From: a virus
Lineage: Duplodnaviria > Caudoviricetes
IMG/VR virus record: IMGVR_UViG_3300025502_000029
Location: 1 to 50,871 of that record
Length of the DNA: 50,871 nucleotides
Direction: 5' to 3' (one strand)
Part shown: one piece after another, positions 38,455 through 48,071 of the stretch
Layout: every line of letters begins with the position of its first letter
Position numbering within the stretch: position 1 is the first letter of the stretch
Notes under the pieces: generated by a model
What the model was told of the DNA's origin: nothing
Database searches by the model: none
What the model saw: the letters and a program-made list of their open reading frames with translations, nothing else
Made by a program: the position numbers and the translations under genes

Positions 38455-39449
38455 CTAAAGAAATCCTCAAGTGTATCAATTTTCTTTGATGACCAGTTAA
38501 GTGCGTCTAGGATGTTTTCGAGTGGTTTAACGAAAACCTTTTCAAACTGCAACTCATGATCAATATATTTGTCAAGTCCAAGTTCCTTTGGTAGGAAGCC
38601 AGGGAATGAAATAATATTTTCCATCAAAGGATTTGGTGTTTTCAGATAAACAAACTTTACCTTATCACCTGACTGAATTAACTCGTATTTCTTATTGAGA
38701 CCTTTTTCTTTCATCATTTTATTGTATAGAATTGCACCACGTACGTGTATTGGACAACCTTTGAGATAAGATCCTGTTCTATCAGTATATTTAGCAATAT
38801 CATCAGTACCAGAAACTTTACCAACCTGCTCTGGCGCCAAAGTAACAAATCGCTGTCTAAAGTCTTCAATAAAAGCCTGTGCTGTTTTTTCGTCCGAATT
38901 AAGAATAATACCAAAGGATTCCTTCAGCGCATCCCTGCATACTTCAGGTGTTGATGATCTAACCGATTCAATACCAGTGACTGAAATCTTGGGTGTTTCA
39001 TAATGAACACCTTCCGAGTTTAAAACACTCATAATATAGCGCTTTTTAGCAACGAATAACGTTCTGTCGGTTATCTTTTCACGTTTCATTGACATTGCGT
39101 TTCTATATGCACCCATATAGTTAGCTAATTCTTCATAGCCATGCTGAATTGCCTTTTCAATCTTTTCCTTACAGACACTATCAATAAAGTCTTCACCGGC
39201 TTTTCGATCAATATCGGCACTGCCGAAAACCTTTACAATCAGTGGCTCAAGATTAACATAAGCGGAGTCTGTATCGCAGTAATAAACATAGTCAATGTCG
39301 TCTGTTTTTAAAACTTTATTAAGATATCCGTTAATTGACTTCTCAGCATATCTGATTGAAAGCTGACCTGATGTAGTAATTGCTTCTGCCATTTCTGCAA
39401 TATAGTATAGGAAGTAACGGTTCGCGACGGCGCCGTATAAACTATTCAT
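38451..39449 (-). CDS. 43: DNA polymerase gp43B, exon 2
   Basis: MNSLYGA, AITTSGQ, YCDTDS (motif C), KKRY, GIESVRSSTP; C-terminal clamp-binding TLEDFF. Confidence 0.93.
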   Translation of the reverse strand: MNSLYGAVANRYFLYYIAEMAEAITTSGQLSIRYAEKSINGYLNKVLKTDDIDYVYYCDTDSAYVNLEPLIVKVFGSADIDRKAGEDFIDSVCKEKIEKAIQHGYEELANYMGAYRNAMSMKREKITDRTLFVAKKRYIMSVLNSEGVHYETPKISVTGIESVRSSTPEVCRDALKESFGIILNSDEKTAQAFIEDFRQRFVTLAPEQVGKVSGTDDIAKYTDRTGSYLKGCPIHVRGAILYNKMMKEKGLNKKYELIQSGDKVKFVYLKTPNPLMENIISFPGFLPKELGLDKYIDHELQFEKVFVKPLENILDALNWSSKKIDTLEDFFS

Positions 39450-39697
39450 CTTTTTGTTACGACAGTCGCAAACTGTCTCCAGCATTTCTACTGGTATCGG
39501 ACTATATCATCATCTTTATAAAGATGTTCCGCGCTTCGAGTTACCATTAGCTTGTAACCCTACTCCATATAGGATAGTCTCTGAACCTTCCCTTTCGGGC
39601 TTGGATGCTGATTGGCATATGATCTATAATCACTTAGCTTTCCAGCAGTTCACGGAATTTTCGACACGGGTCACCCCGTGAAGCCTCATGAATGTTT
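39450..39697 (-). ncRNA. ORF-less group I self-splicing intron (248 nt)
   Basis: Exon ends CCUU pairing with GAGG (P1, U-G at the splice site); AUUCAU pairs with 3' exon AUGAAU (P10); P3 UUCCGUG/CGCGGAA; P4 UGCUGG/UCAGCA; CAGAGACUA and GAUAUAGUCC (P7); terminal G; removal restores KIL|MNSLYG in frame. Confidence 0.93.
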
Positions 39698-39811
39698 AAG
39701 GATTTTTATTGACATCTGTTTATTGTGCAGGCGTGTTGATATCTGTTTTTTATTTTCGATAAGTTCCTCTAGTTCTTCCAATGTTAAGTCTTCCAATGTT
39801 AAGTCTTCCAA
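39698..39811 (-). CDS. 43: DNA polymerase gp43B, exon 1 (38 codons)
   Basis: TTG start; LEDLTLEDLTLEELEELIENKKQISTRLHNKQMSIKIL supplies the Q...K of motif B; an in-frame TAA lies 6 codons upstream. Confidence 0.85.
39774..39811 (-). repeat. 15-nt tandem repeat TTGGAAGACTTAACA, about 2.5 copies
   Basis: Directly visible; spans the HNH stop codon and the gp43B start. Confidence 0.9.
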
Positions 39812-41004
39812 TATATTTCTTTCCCTTTATGTTTTTTAAGATCAAAGTCCGTGAGTTTATAGAAAAATATACCCAAATCATTTAGAGTTTTGCCTTGATT
39901 TTTCTTTCTGAATTCGTTTATCTCATTTTTACAGTTAAAGTGAGGTTTTTTGATTATCATATGGTTCAGTGCATTTAATGTATTATTACCTCTTTCTATG
40001 GTTATATAATAACCGTTGCCATGTAAAAAGTCAACTAAGATTTTTATGTTTGTAAAGATCTTATCATTAAAAACTGCAACTACAGTTTTTTCAGTACTTC
40101 TACCAGATTCAGGCCCGTGCCGGGTTTTATCTATTACGGTAGTTTTTGTTGCTTTTTGCTCTATTATATCTACAACACCCATCATTGCGTTTGCCTTGTC
40201 AATTCCCGGGTTATTTTCTAAGATCCTACCTCTGATATAATCATTTGGTATTTCATTTTCAGGTATACGTATTTGATGTTTTGTTTTTGGGTTGTAACAC
40301 CATATACTATTCGAAAAATACTCTGAGATCTTTTGATTGGGACCACCTCCAATACGAAAGCCATCCGGTATAGAATCAACATCTTCTACATATTTTATAG
40401 TATTGGTTTCTTCATTATAACAGCATATTTTTCCCGGTCTTCCAATCTTTAACTTAGTTTCTTCGCTATGTTTATAACCGGTCCTATAAAATAAATGTAT
40501 TTCTGGGTCATATTTTTCATCATCTTTGTTGATCCTAAAGCAGTTACGATCAGTGTCATTACAATCGAATACTATAATTGTGTTTTCTGTTCTTTTACCT
40601 ATTGCATCTCTTACATCTTTAGTTCTTTTTCTTCCTTTATTAGATTTGCCTATGATGGAAGAAACATCTTCCCTAAGTTCTTCATATAATCTACTTGTTA
40701 CTGTGACACCTCCGAAGTTTCTCATCATATTCAAGGCAAATGTCATAGAAACATTCCTATAAACTTTCCATAGAATAAGATGTGCTATAAAGTGTTGTCT
40801 CTCCGTGAGCAATATTTTATTCCAAGGATTTTTCCTGAAACATTCATATTCCTTGAACATTTCTGCGGCTCTTGGACAAATATGATGCCCAATATTTCTA
40901 TCGGCATCATTACTTTCTCTACAGTGCTCTATAAACTTTATATATCTTTCTAATTGTCTTTTATCGTGTGGTTTACTTTCTAGTATTTCTTTATAAACAA
41001 CCAT
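39799..41004 (-). mobile_element. Free-standing HNH homing endonuclease (MobE-like, with NUMOD3-type repeats)
   Basis: HHICPR...NKILLTERQHFIAHLILWK; KGRKRTKDVRDAIG and GYKHSEETKLKIG; IPDGFRIG and IPNDYIRGR repeats; likely start ATG 41004. Confidence 0.88.
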
Positions 41005-41010
41005 GTGTTT

Positions 41011-41062
41011 CCCTATTATGTATAGTAGAATAGTATTTATATACAATAGAACCATAATAGGA
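41011..41062 (-). promoter_or_regulatory. RBS-sequestering hairpin with a late promoter (41034-41041) in its loop
   Basis: UCCUAUUAUG...CAUAAUAGGG stem covers the AGGG SD; TATAAATA lies between the arms. Confidence 0.8.
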
Positions 41063-41067
41063 GTTTA

Positions 41068-42564
41068 TTATAACATTTTTTTTCTTCTTTGTATTTCTTT
41101 TTTTATCTCTTCGATTTCAGATTCAACTCGCAACATTTCCTTTTTGATTACTGAACGATTTGCATAATATTCTTGAATGATCTCTGGGATGATACCAAGT
41201 TTCTTATTAGTAAAATGTACACCATTTGCGCAAACTGAATAATCTTTATCATCGTTTTGATACTCGTCATTAAGAACCATGTCCTGTGAAACATATGCAC
41301 GCTTATCCGCAACAAATGTTTCAGGTGACATATTATATTGTAACATTAGGTGTGGATACAAACTGTTAAGGTCAAACGAGACTACCCAGCGATGAACACC
41401 TGTGACTGGATCCTTTACATATCCACCTACCAATTCCCCTAGTTTGTCACCAGGACTACTTTTAACTGGTGGGATTAGTGACTTTTCCATAAGCTTACGA
41501 TATAATGTTGCTTCCCAGATACCAACAGTACCAAACGCATCAGAATAGTTCACACCGCCGCCATATGCAACAGTAAGCACAAGTGCCAGCAAAGCGGTTT
41601 CTTCTTCCATACGTTGAATGAGATGCGTATCCACAAGATTATAATCAAGATACAGTTGTGGATTTTTGTTATACAATTCAGTGAGTGAGCCATATTGTGA
41701 ATAGTCAAGTTTCTTAGTACCTAACACTGTATGCGCGATATGATCAAGTTTATATGATTCCTGAGTGCCATATTTATAGCCAAACTTTTTAAAGGCATCC
41801 ATATAGTCAATAATAGTTACACCGGAGATATTATATGTTGATTGTTTACGGTTAAAGATCTCTCTGCTTGTCTGTCGGATATTACCCCAAGGCGATAATT
41901 CTCTAGCCTTGGCTTCACCGAAGAGACGTATGATACGAGTTACAATATATTGAATATCAAAATATTCTACATTCCAACCAGTGACAATATCTGGATAATC
42001 ATTTTTCCAAATTTGCATAAATCTACTCAATAGTTGTAATTCAGTATCAAACTTCATAAATTGAATATTATCTGGATCAATACCTGACAGAGTTATAGTT
42101 TTATCATAATCCTTGCGACCTAATAGATGATATGTATCTGATTTTGATGATTTGATTGCAATAGAAGTAATTTCATTATCGGCTGTTTCCATATTTGGAA
42201 GTTTTTCTGAAATATCAACCTCAATGTCGAAGTTAAAGATATTAATCTGGCTCATATCAAAGTCAATATGCCCAGGATATTGTTCCTGTATGAACTGTGT
42301 AACATAATTAGAGGTACCGTAAATTTCAAGCCCATGAACGTCTTTATACCGCTCAACAAAGTCCTTGGCATCGTTCATACTATCAAATTTTTTGGGAGCT
42401 AGATATCTTTCACCGAGCAATGACTTGAAATTAGTCTCTTGTTTTGCATATTGATAAAGTGTAGGCTCAAATGTTATCTTTTTAGAGAAGCGACGACCAT
42501 TATCATAACCTCTCCATAATATGTTACTACCATAGCGTTCGACTGATGTGTAGAATTTAGACAT
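41068..42564 (-). CDS. 43: DNA polymerase gp43A (exonuclease domain and motif A)
   Basis: FDIEV, TGWNVEYFD, YNLVD, GGYV, SFDLNSLYP; stops in the fingers helix; ATG 42564 with AAGGA RBS. Confidence 0.95.
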   Translation of the reverse strand: MSKFYTSVERYGSNILWRGYDNGRRFSKKITFEPTLYQYAKQETNFKSLLGERYLAPKKFDSMNDAKDFVERYKDVHGLEIYGTSNYVTQFIQEQYPGHIDFDMSQINIFNFDIEVDISEKLPNMETADNEITSIAIKSSKSDTYHLLGRKDYDKTITLSGIDPDNIQFMKFDTELQLLSRFMQIWKNDYPDIVTGWNVEYFDIQYIVTRIIRLFGEAKARELSPWGNIRQTSREIFNRKQSTYNISGVTIIDYMDAFKKFGYKYGTQESYKLDHIAHTVLGTKKLDYSQYGSLTELYNKNPQLYLDYNLVDTHLIQRMEEETALLALVLTVAYGGGVNYSDAFGTVGIWEATLYRKLMEKSLIPPVKSSPGDKLGELVGGYVKDPVTGVHRWVVSFDLNSLYPHLMLQYNMSPETFVADKRAYVSQDMVLNDEYQNDDKDYSVCANGVHFTNKKLGIIPEIIQEYYANRSVIKKEMLRVESEIEEIKKEIQRRKKML

Positions 42565-42598
42565 CAAATTCCTTTCAATAATGTATGTAATTTGTTCC

Positions 42599-42627
42599 AC
42601 CATAACCCATGGATAGGGTTAAGTCAA
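42599..42627 (-). promoter_or_regulatory. Sigma70-type promoter for gp43A
   Basis: TTGACT-17 nt-TATGGT; contains the inverted repeat TAACCC-N7-GGGTTA. Confidence 0.5.
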
Positions 42628-42632
42628 CTACT

Positions 42633-44345
42633 TTATGCCACCAACTGAGTAAAATTCTTGACTTTTTCAAATCGTATGTGATTGTCAAATTTTTCACCAA
42701 AGGTTTCACCGCGGTGACTAATGACGAAAATGTTATCAGTGGCATGTGTCTTATGGAGAATATCGATCAGAGCCTCAACTCCCGCAGAATCTGAAGCGGA
42801 ATCTAAAGTTTCGTCCATTATTAATAAATTAGTTGATACTGAGTTCCTGAGCTTTGCAATTGCTCTCCATGTAAACATAATACTCAAACTTATGCGCATC
42901 TTCTCACCTTCAGAGAACGAAGCAAACGAGAACGCATCTCTAAATCTACTCTTAATAGTTTCATTAAAATTCTCATCAAGGTTAAAGTCAACGAAAAGTT
43001 CAAACTCAGAAAGATACTGATTTATAAGTTTATTCATAATTGGTATGTATGTTCTAATGATACTAGTCTTAATTCCGCCATCCTTAAGCATAGAAGCAAC
43101 AATACCCAGAGTTTCTCTTTTTTCGTATAACTCAGTTTGTTCGATTTGTTTTTCCGATAAATGTTTATTAAACTCTAGTATTTTACTTTGATCAATTTCT
43201 TCTACCTCTTTTTCGGCACCTTCTAGTTCTTTTTTATATACCTTTAATTGATTCATAATTATCTTAACCTGTAGACGGTGTTCATTTGCCTTATTATGAA
43301 ATTTCTGAATTTCATCTTCTATATTTGATATCTCAGAAAGTCTAGTTTCTACCTCTAGTTTCTTCTGGGATAATTGTTCTAGACCAGTATGTATCTCCGA
43401 GGATTTGAGATTACGCTCGGTTACTATTTCAGACTTAAACTCATGATCAATACCTTGCTTACATGTCGGGCAATTATCATGCTTAGAATAAAAGTCAATT
43501 TCCTTTTTATATTCTCGCTCTTTTGTTTCCAATTCCAAAAGAAGAGTTTTTACTTTTTCATGAAGTTGCTTTTGTTTCTGTTTATCATTTATAGTGGAAC
43601 TTAGTTCTGTTATCTGCGCTTCAAACATTTCAGTATGAGATTGCTCTGTTTCAATTTCAACTAGATTTTTTGATATTTTTGACTTAATCTTTTCTACTTC
43701 TGTTTGTTTCATTCGTTGAATTTCTTCATTATGATCTTTAGCAGAATCTATTTTGGTCTGAACCAAATCAATCTGGTAATTATTTTCAGTTATAAGTGCT
43801 TTATTTTCACTGATTCGTTCCTTAAGCAAAGTATTCATCGTGCTAAATACTTGTATGTCCAATAGATCTTCAATGATTTCTCTGCGTTGTCCAGTTGGTA
43901 GTTCCATAAAAGGAACATATGTAGCACTACCAAGAATTACAATCTGCGAGAACGATTTAAAACTCATCTTAAGAATATTTTGTTCTAGATAAAGTTGATA
44001 ATCTTTAGATGCTGCATCTTTATTTAAGAGATCATTGTTCTTCCAAATCTCAAAAATTCCTGGCTTCATACCGCGACGAATCATATACTTATCCGAGCCA
44101 ATTGTAAAATCAAGTTCTACTAATAGTTCCTTACCATTAACGCTATTTACTAACTGTGGCTTGTTGATCCTACGGAACGGTTTATTGAATAATGCAAAAA
44201 CAATTGCCTCAATAAATGTTGACTTGCCCGCACCATTTGATCCTGATGTAAGTGATGTTTTATACTTGTCAAGTTCTAATTCAATAAAATTATTACCTAC
44301 TGACATAATATTTTTATATCGTACTTTAGTAAATTGTATGTGCAT
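42633..44345 (-). CDS. 46: Recombination endonuclease subunit gp46 (Rad50/SbcC-like)
   Basis: GSNGAGKST, CPTC zinc hook, FSEGEK, LLIMDE, VISH. Confidence 0.96.
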   Translation of the reverse strand: MHIQFTKVRYKNIMSVGNNFIELELDKYKTSLTSGSNGAGKSTFIEAIVFALFNKPFRRINKPQLVNSVNGKELLVELDFTIGSDKYMIRRGMKPGIFEIWKNNDLLNKDAASKDYQLYLEQNILKMSFKSFSQIVILGSATYVPFMELPTGQRREIIEDLLDIQVFSTMNTLLKERISENKALITENNYQIDLVQTKIDSAKDHNEEIQRMKQTEVEKIKSKISKNLVEIETEQSHTEMFEAQITELSSTINDKQKQKQLHEKVKTLLLELETKEREYKKEIDFYSKHDNCPTCKQGIDHEFKSEIVTERNLKSSEIHTGLEQLSQKKLEVETRLSEISNIEDEIQKFHNKANEHRLQVKIIMNQLKVYKKELEGAEKEVEEIDQSKILEFNKHLSEKQIEQTELYEKRETLGIVASMLKDGGIKTSIIRTYIPIMNKLINQYLSEFELFVDFNLDENFNETIKSRFRDAFSFASFSEGEKMRISLSIMFTWRAIAKLRNSVSTNLLIMDETLDSASDSAGVEALIDILHKTHATDNIFVISHRGETFGEKFDNHIRFEKVKNFTQLVA

Positions 44346-45406
44346 TAAAGATTCATTGCCTCTATATAAAGTTCGTCAACTACACTCTTAATTCGTTTTT
44401 TATCTATATTAGTTTCTACGGAGTCTATGTATGAATGAAGTATATCTTTGGTATCTTTTGCTTCTTCCATCAATTCATCAAGGCCTGCGCCTGAAAGGTT
44501 CAATGTATCTTCTACAGATTTAATATCAGCTGCGCCGCATTCATTCAAGCGGTTGAGAAACATATCATACAAGTAAGGATTTGATCGGTTCTTTACAAGA
44601 ACCTTGATGTAACAGTCCTTTAGCATAGAAGTATCTAATGCAGCTATATCATCAATAGCTAGATCCGTATCATCATAGTCGATCTTATGATATATCCTAT
44701 CACTGTTTTCAACGAATGTCAACTCTCTTGTTTCAGTATCTAATACATGAAACCCCTTCTTACAAGCATAGTCTGACCAGTTCATCTCGTACTGCGCACC
44801 AAGATACTTGACATTTCCATACTGGGATTGATGGTGGTAATGGCCGGAATATACAGCTTCAAAGTGATCAAACTGCTTATAATCAAAGCCATGGTCACTT
44901 ACTACACCTTTCATCATTTCAAAGCCCTTGAGATCAAAATGACCACATAGTATATGAGCAGTTGATTTTTTTATTTTAGTAAGAGCAACTTCAGTTGTTT
45001 CTTTTACTAACCATGGGCACATCATAATTCTAGTAGTACCGAATTCAAGCTCGACTGGCTCGTTTTCGTAAACTTGAATATTATCATATTCTTTTAGTAG
45101 CAGTGAAACCGAGTTTACTTCGTTTGATGTAGTCCAGAAAGTATCGTGATTGCCTAAGATTGCATGCATCTGAATATTTTGCTCTTTTAGAACATCAAAA
45201 AAGAATTCACGGGAACGTTTTAATGTATAGAAATTGATATACTTTCTACGATCAAAAATATCACCCAGATGAAGCACTGTATCAATTTTATGTTCTTCAA
45301 GATAAGGAAAAAATTGATTTGTAAAAAAATTATCTTGATGCTGTAGAAATATTTTTGAGTCGCTGCGGGCACCTAGGTGTGAATCGCAAAGTAGTGCTAT
45401 TTTCAT
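44345..45406 (-). CDS. 47: Recombination endonuclease subunit gp47 (Mre11/SbcD-like)
   Basis: DSHLG, LGDIFD, GNHD, SGHYH. Confidence 0.96.
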   Translation of the reverse strand: MKIALLCDSHLGARSDSKIFLQHQDNFFTNQFFPYLEEHKIDTVLHLGDIFDRRKYINFYTLKRSREFFFDVLKEQNIQMHAILGNHDTFWTTSNEVNSVSLLLKEYDNIQVYENEPVELEFGTTRIMMCPWLVKETTEVALTKIKKSTAHILCGHFDLKGFEMMKGVVSDHGFDYKQFDHFEAVYSGHYHHQSQYGNVKYLGAQYEMNWSDYACKKGFHVLDTETRELTFVENSDRIYHKIDYDDTDLAIDDIAALDTSMLKDCYIKVLVKNRSNPYLYDMFLNRLNECGAADIKSVEDTLNLSGAGLDELMEEAKDTKDILHSYIDSVETNIDKKRIKSVVDELYIEAMNL

Positions 45407-45424
45407 ATTGTGTGTTACCGCCTT

Positions 45425-45916
45425 TCATTTTTTATTATTTAACTTATCTTCATAATCTTGAATAAAGTTATTGATATAATCCACATCAGTATTTAAATAC
45501 AATGAAACATCATCACCTTCGTATGTGCCACCATTTGAAATCATCGATTGTGATGATTTATAGCGAACATACATTTGTTTCTTTTCCTTTGCGATCCTGC
45601 GAAGAAATGCATACCAAATAATCTGAGTAAAGTATGCAAATGGATTTTCAGTTTTTTCTGGATTAAAGTTGTGCATATATAATAGGCAGTTCTCTACTCC
45701 GTCCATAACCATGTCTTCTTTATATGTGTAGCCACTGAAGTTGGGTTTTGATGCAAGTCGGGTTGCTATTTGCCATATACAATCACCTATATAGTTAGGC
45801 ACCCGAGGTTTTTCGTCGTCGGCGTCCTCTGCTTCCTTGCATGCTTTCTGGTAGGCAACCAATGCCTCAAAAAAATCGCGGTTGTTCACATAATTCTTTT
45901 TTGCTCGTCTAGCCAT
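45425..45916 (-). CDS. 55: Late sigma factor gp55
   Basis: NYVNNRDF, PNFSGYTYKEDMVMDGVENCL, NPFAYFTQIIWYAFLRRIAKEKKQ; ATG 45916 with AAGGA RBS. Confidence 0.96.
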   Translation of the reverse strand: MARRAKKNYVNNRDFFEALVAYQKACKEAEDADDEKPRVPNYIGDCIWQIATRLASKPNFSGYTYKEDMVMDGVENCLLYMHNFNPEKTENPFAYFTQIIWYAFLRRIAKEKKQMYVRYKSSQSMISNGGTYEGDDVSLYLNTDVDYINNFIQDYEDKLNNKK

Positions 45917-45937
45917 TATTATATCCTTTTTCTTTAT

Positions 45938-45966
45938 ACTATATACCAATCTATATGATTTGTCAA
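45938..45966 (-). promoter_or_regulatory. Sigma70-type promoter for gp55
   Basis: TTGACA-17 nt-TATAGT. Confidence 0.75.
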
Positions 45967-46013
45967 CCAAAAGAAACACTTAGAAAAAAGTTCAGTTGGT
46001 GTGCATTATTTTG

Positions 46014-46107
46014 TTGACACAAGCTCAACATATGTTATAATTGAATTAACATTCATATAATGGAATTCATATAACTTTAGTTATCCTTTATAGATATGTT
46101 GAGCTTG
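46014..46107 (+). promoter_or_regulatory. Consensus promoter with no downstream + strand gene, overlapping a 14-bp inverted repeat
   Basis: TTGACA-16 nt-TATAAT (46014-46041); CAAGCTCAACATAT (46020-46033) / ATATGTTGAGCTTG (46094-46107). Confidence 0.55.
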
Positions 46108-46123
46108 CTCTGGAATATAGTAT

Positions 46124-47611
46124 CTATAGATTAATGTTGTAAATTTTGAATGGGAATTGCTCAGCCGCGTACATTTCAATTCTTGTTCTAAAATGCTTCA
46201 GCGTGTAGTTGATGAATGAACCACCAGAAAGGTCATCGGCAATATCATATAATGTTGCGTCGTCAGACCCATTGCCCTTGCGCAATGTTCTACCAATTGA
46301 TTGTAGGGTACGAATTTCAGACTTGCCGCCTGATACAAAGATAGCTACATCTAGACGCTTCAAATTAACTCCAGTAGAAAAGGTACCCGAAGACGCTAAA
46401 ATGTTGTGTTGTTTGATAGGATCATTTTCCACTAAATGTCTGATTCGTTCTCTATCATCGCCTGATGTAGAGCCGTGTATATAGTGAAGTACTCTGCCTT
46501 CTTTTTCTAGTAATGGCTTGAGTATATCACCTTGATTTTCAATCTGATCAAACAAAATTAAATTATTTGTTTGATCAAGCGACCAAACAAGATTTCGTAT
46601 AAACATATTACGTTTGTGATTTGAAAACAAAAATGCTCGTTCGGCGGGATAACGTTTGGCATTATCAGTTTTCTTTATTGCCTGGTTAAAGGCTTTTTTT
46701 GTTTCTTTGTCATAGGTAAGAACAAGTGCCTTTACATTGAAGTTTGCTACGGTTCCTTGATCGATAAGATCCTTTGTAGTAACAAATCTGCGTATCGGCC
46801 CGAAAACACCTTCTAAGATAAGTCGGTGTGTCTTTGAATCGGAACTTATAGTACCAGTAAACCCGTGGCGGTAATATGCTTCATCTAACTTGGACATAAT
46901 AGTCTGAAGTGATTTTGCAGCAAACAAATGGCATTCATCACCAAGTATCACGCGAAATTGATCGAACCATTCCTTGGGTTGCTTTATCAAACTTTGCCAC
47001 GTGCTTATGACGATCTGCTTTCGGGTGTTTTTGTCGACTCCGCCTTGTATCTTATAGATAGTGTCTGGATCACATCCATAGTCTATGAAGTCGCCTGCCA
47101 TTTGGTGCACAAGACCAATTGTAGGCACAATTATTAAAGTTCTGTGGCCATATACATTATAGTAGTGTTGTTGAATTAGATACTGAATAAAACTTTTGCC
47201 ACTACTTGTTGGGCTTAATGAAAGTGATCTGTTTGATCGTAGTGCATTGAGTACATATTCAATTTGATAATCACGGGGCTTTAATTTTGCACCTATTTCT
47301 TTTACGAGTTCTTCTACATATCCATCATGTATTTCTTCTGTAGGATTGAAGTCTTTTTCTATTTCAAGATCATAGTCTCGGTCATCACAGAACTTTTTAA
47401 GATATTCTGTAAGACCAGCCAACAAGTAAGGCTTCATGGGATTATATAAGCGGATATATCCATCCCAAACTCTACTTTTATATTTTGGAGAGAACTGATA
47501 GCCTTCCGGTCTAAAGGCAAAGTAATTCATGAGTTCTTGGCGAATACCTGGATCAGCAGTTACTCGCATATTTACCGCATCAACTTTTTCAATCTTTACT
47601 ATATCTCTCAT
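46124..47611 (-). CDS. uvsW: UvsW helicase
   Basis: PRDYQ, SPTSSGKS, DECH, GFTGT, LQSIGRTLR. Confidence 0.95.
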   Translation of the reverse strand: MRDIVKIEKVDAVNMRVTADPGIRQELMNYFAFRPEGYQFSPKYKSRVWDGYIRLYNPMKPYLLAGLTEYLKKFCDDRDYDLEIEKDFNPTEEIHDGYVEELVKEIGAKLKPRDYQIEYVLNALRSNRSLSLSPTSSGKSFIQYLIQQHYYNVYGHRTLIIVPTIGLVHQMAGDFIDYGCDPDTIYKIQGGVDKNTRKQIVISTWQSLIKQPKEWFDQFRVILGDECHLFAAKSLQTIMSKLDEAYYRHGFTGTISSDSKTHRLILEGVFGPIRRFVTTKDLIDQGTVANFNVKALVLTYDKETKKAFNQAIKKTDNAKRYPAERAFLFSNHKRNMFIRNLVWSLDQTNNLILFDQIENQGDILKPLLEKEGRVLHYIHGSTSGDDRERIRHLVENDPIKQHNILASSGTFSTGVNLKRLDVAIFVSGGKSEIRTLQSIGRTLRKGNGSDDATLYDIADDLSGGSFINYTLKHFRTRIEMYAAEQFPFKIYNINL

Positions 47612-47627
47612 ATCATACCTTTTAGTT

Positions 47628-48071
47628 TTACATGCCGCCAGCTTGGAACTTGGCCCAATCTATAGCGGCGCGGATGTAGAAGTTACGACTATTTATTTGC
47701 TTTATGATATCTTCTAGATAGGAAGCAGTCTGAACAAAATAATCAATTTTAAGACTTAGATCAATGATGTCTTGATCGGCATCAATATATCGTGAAACTT
47801 CTGATTTCATAATCTTCAGTGGGTTTGGCTTCCAACCTCTTACTTTAAGATCTTCCTCAGCCATTGTGCCAGTGTAATACTCATGCTTAGCCATTTCAAG
47901 TTCTTTTAATTGAGCACGATATTTTTTAACCCTAAGCATTTCTTTTACATAAAAGGTGTAATATTTGTTATGCAATTTTGGTATTTTAAGTGCTTCATTA
48001 CCAAGATCAATTTCGTTAATCTTGGCATCAATTGACCACATCTCATTTATATCTTCAAGTGTTAGTGCCAT
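47628..48071 (-). CDS. uvsY: Recombination mediator UvsY
   Basis: WSIDAKI, IPKLHNKY, RNFYIRAAIDWAKFQAG. Confidence 0.92.
   Translation of the reverse strand: MALTLEDINEMWSIDAKINEIDLGNEALKIPKLHNKYYTFYVKEMLRVKKYRAQLKELEMAKHEYYTGTMAEEDLKVRGWKPNPLKIMKSEVSRYIDADQDIIDLSLKIDYFVQTASYLEDIIKQINSRNFYIRAAIDWAKFQAGGM

Noticed and set aside
39450-39485. ORF-track N-terminus MLETVCDCRNKK of the polymerase C-terminal ORF
   Set aside because: These codons are the 3' end of the group I intron; the true upstream coding sequence is exon 1 at 39698-39811
39454-39681. 75-aa + strand ORF
   Set aside because: Antisense to the intron core, with no RBS or recognisable motif
39799-41068. HNH lying inside a second intron, or ribosomal bypass joining gp43A to gp43B
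   Set aside because: No group I or II core elements flank the HNH, only about 60 nt separate it from gp43A, and the 1.25-kb gap is far longer than the gene 60 hop
41060-41070. AAUAAACUC resembling the T4 gp43 operator loop
   Set aside because: It lies after gp43A rather than at its start and has no enclosing stem; probably chance in AT-rich DNA
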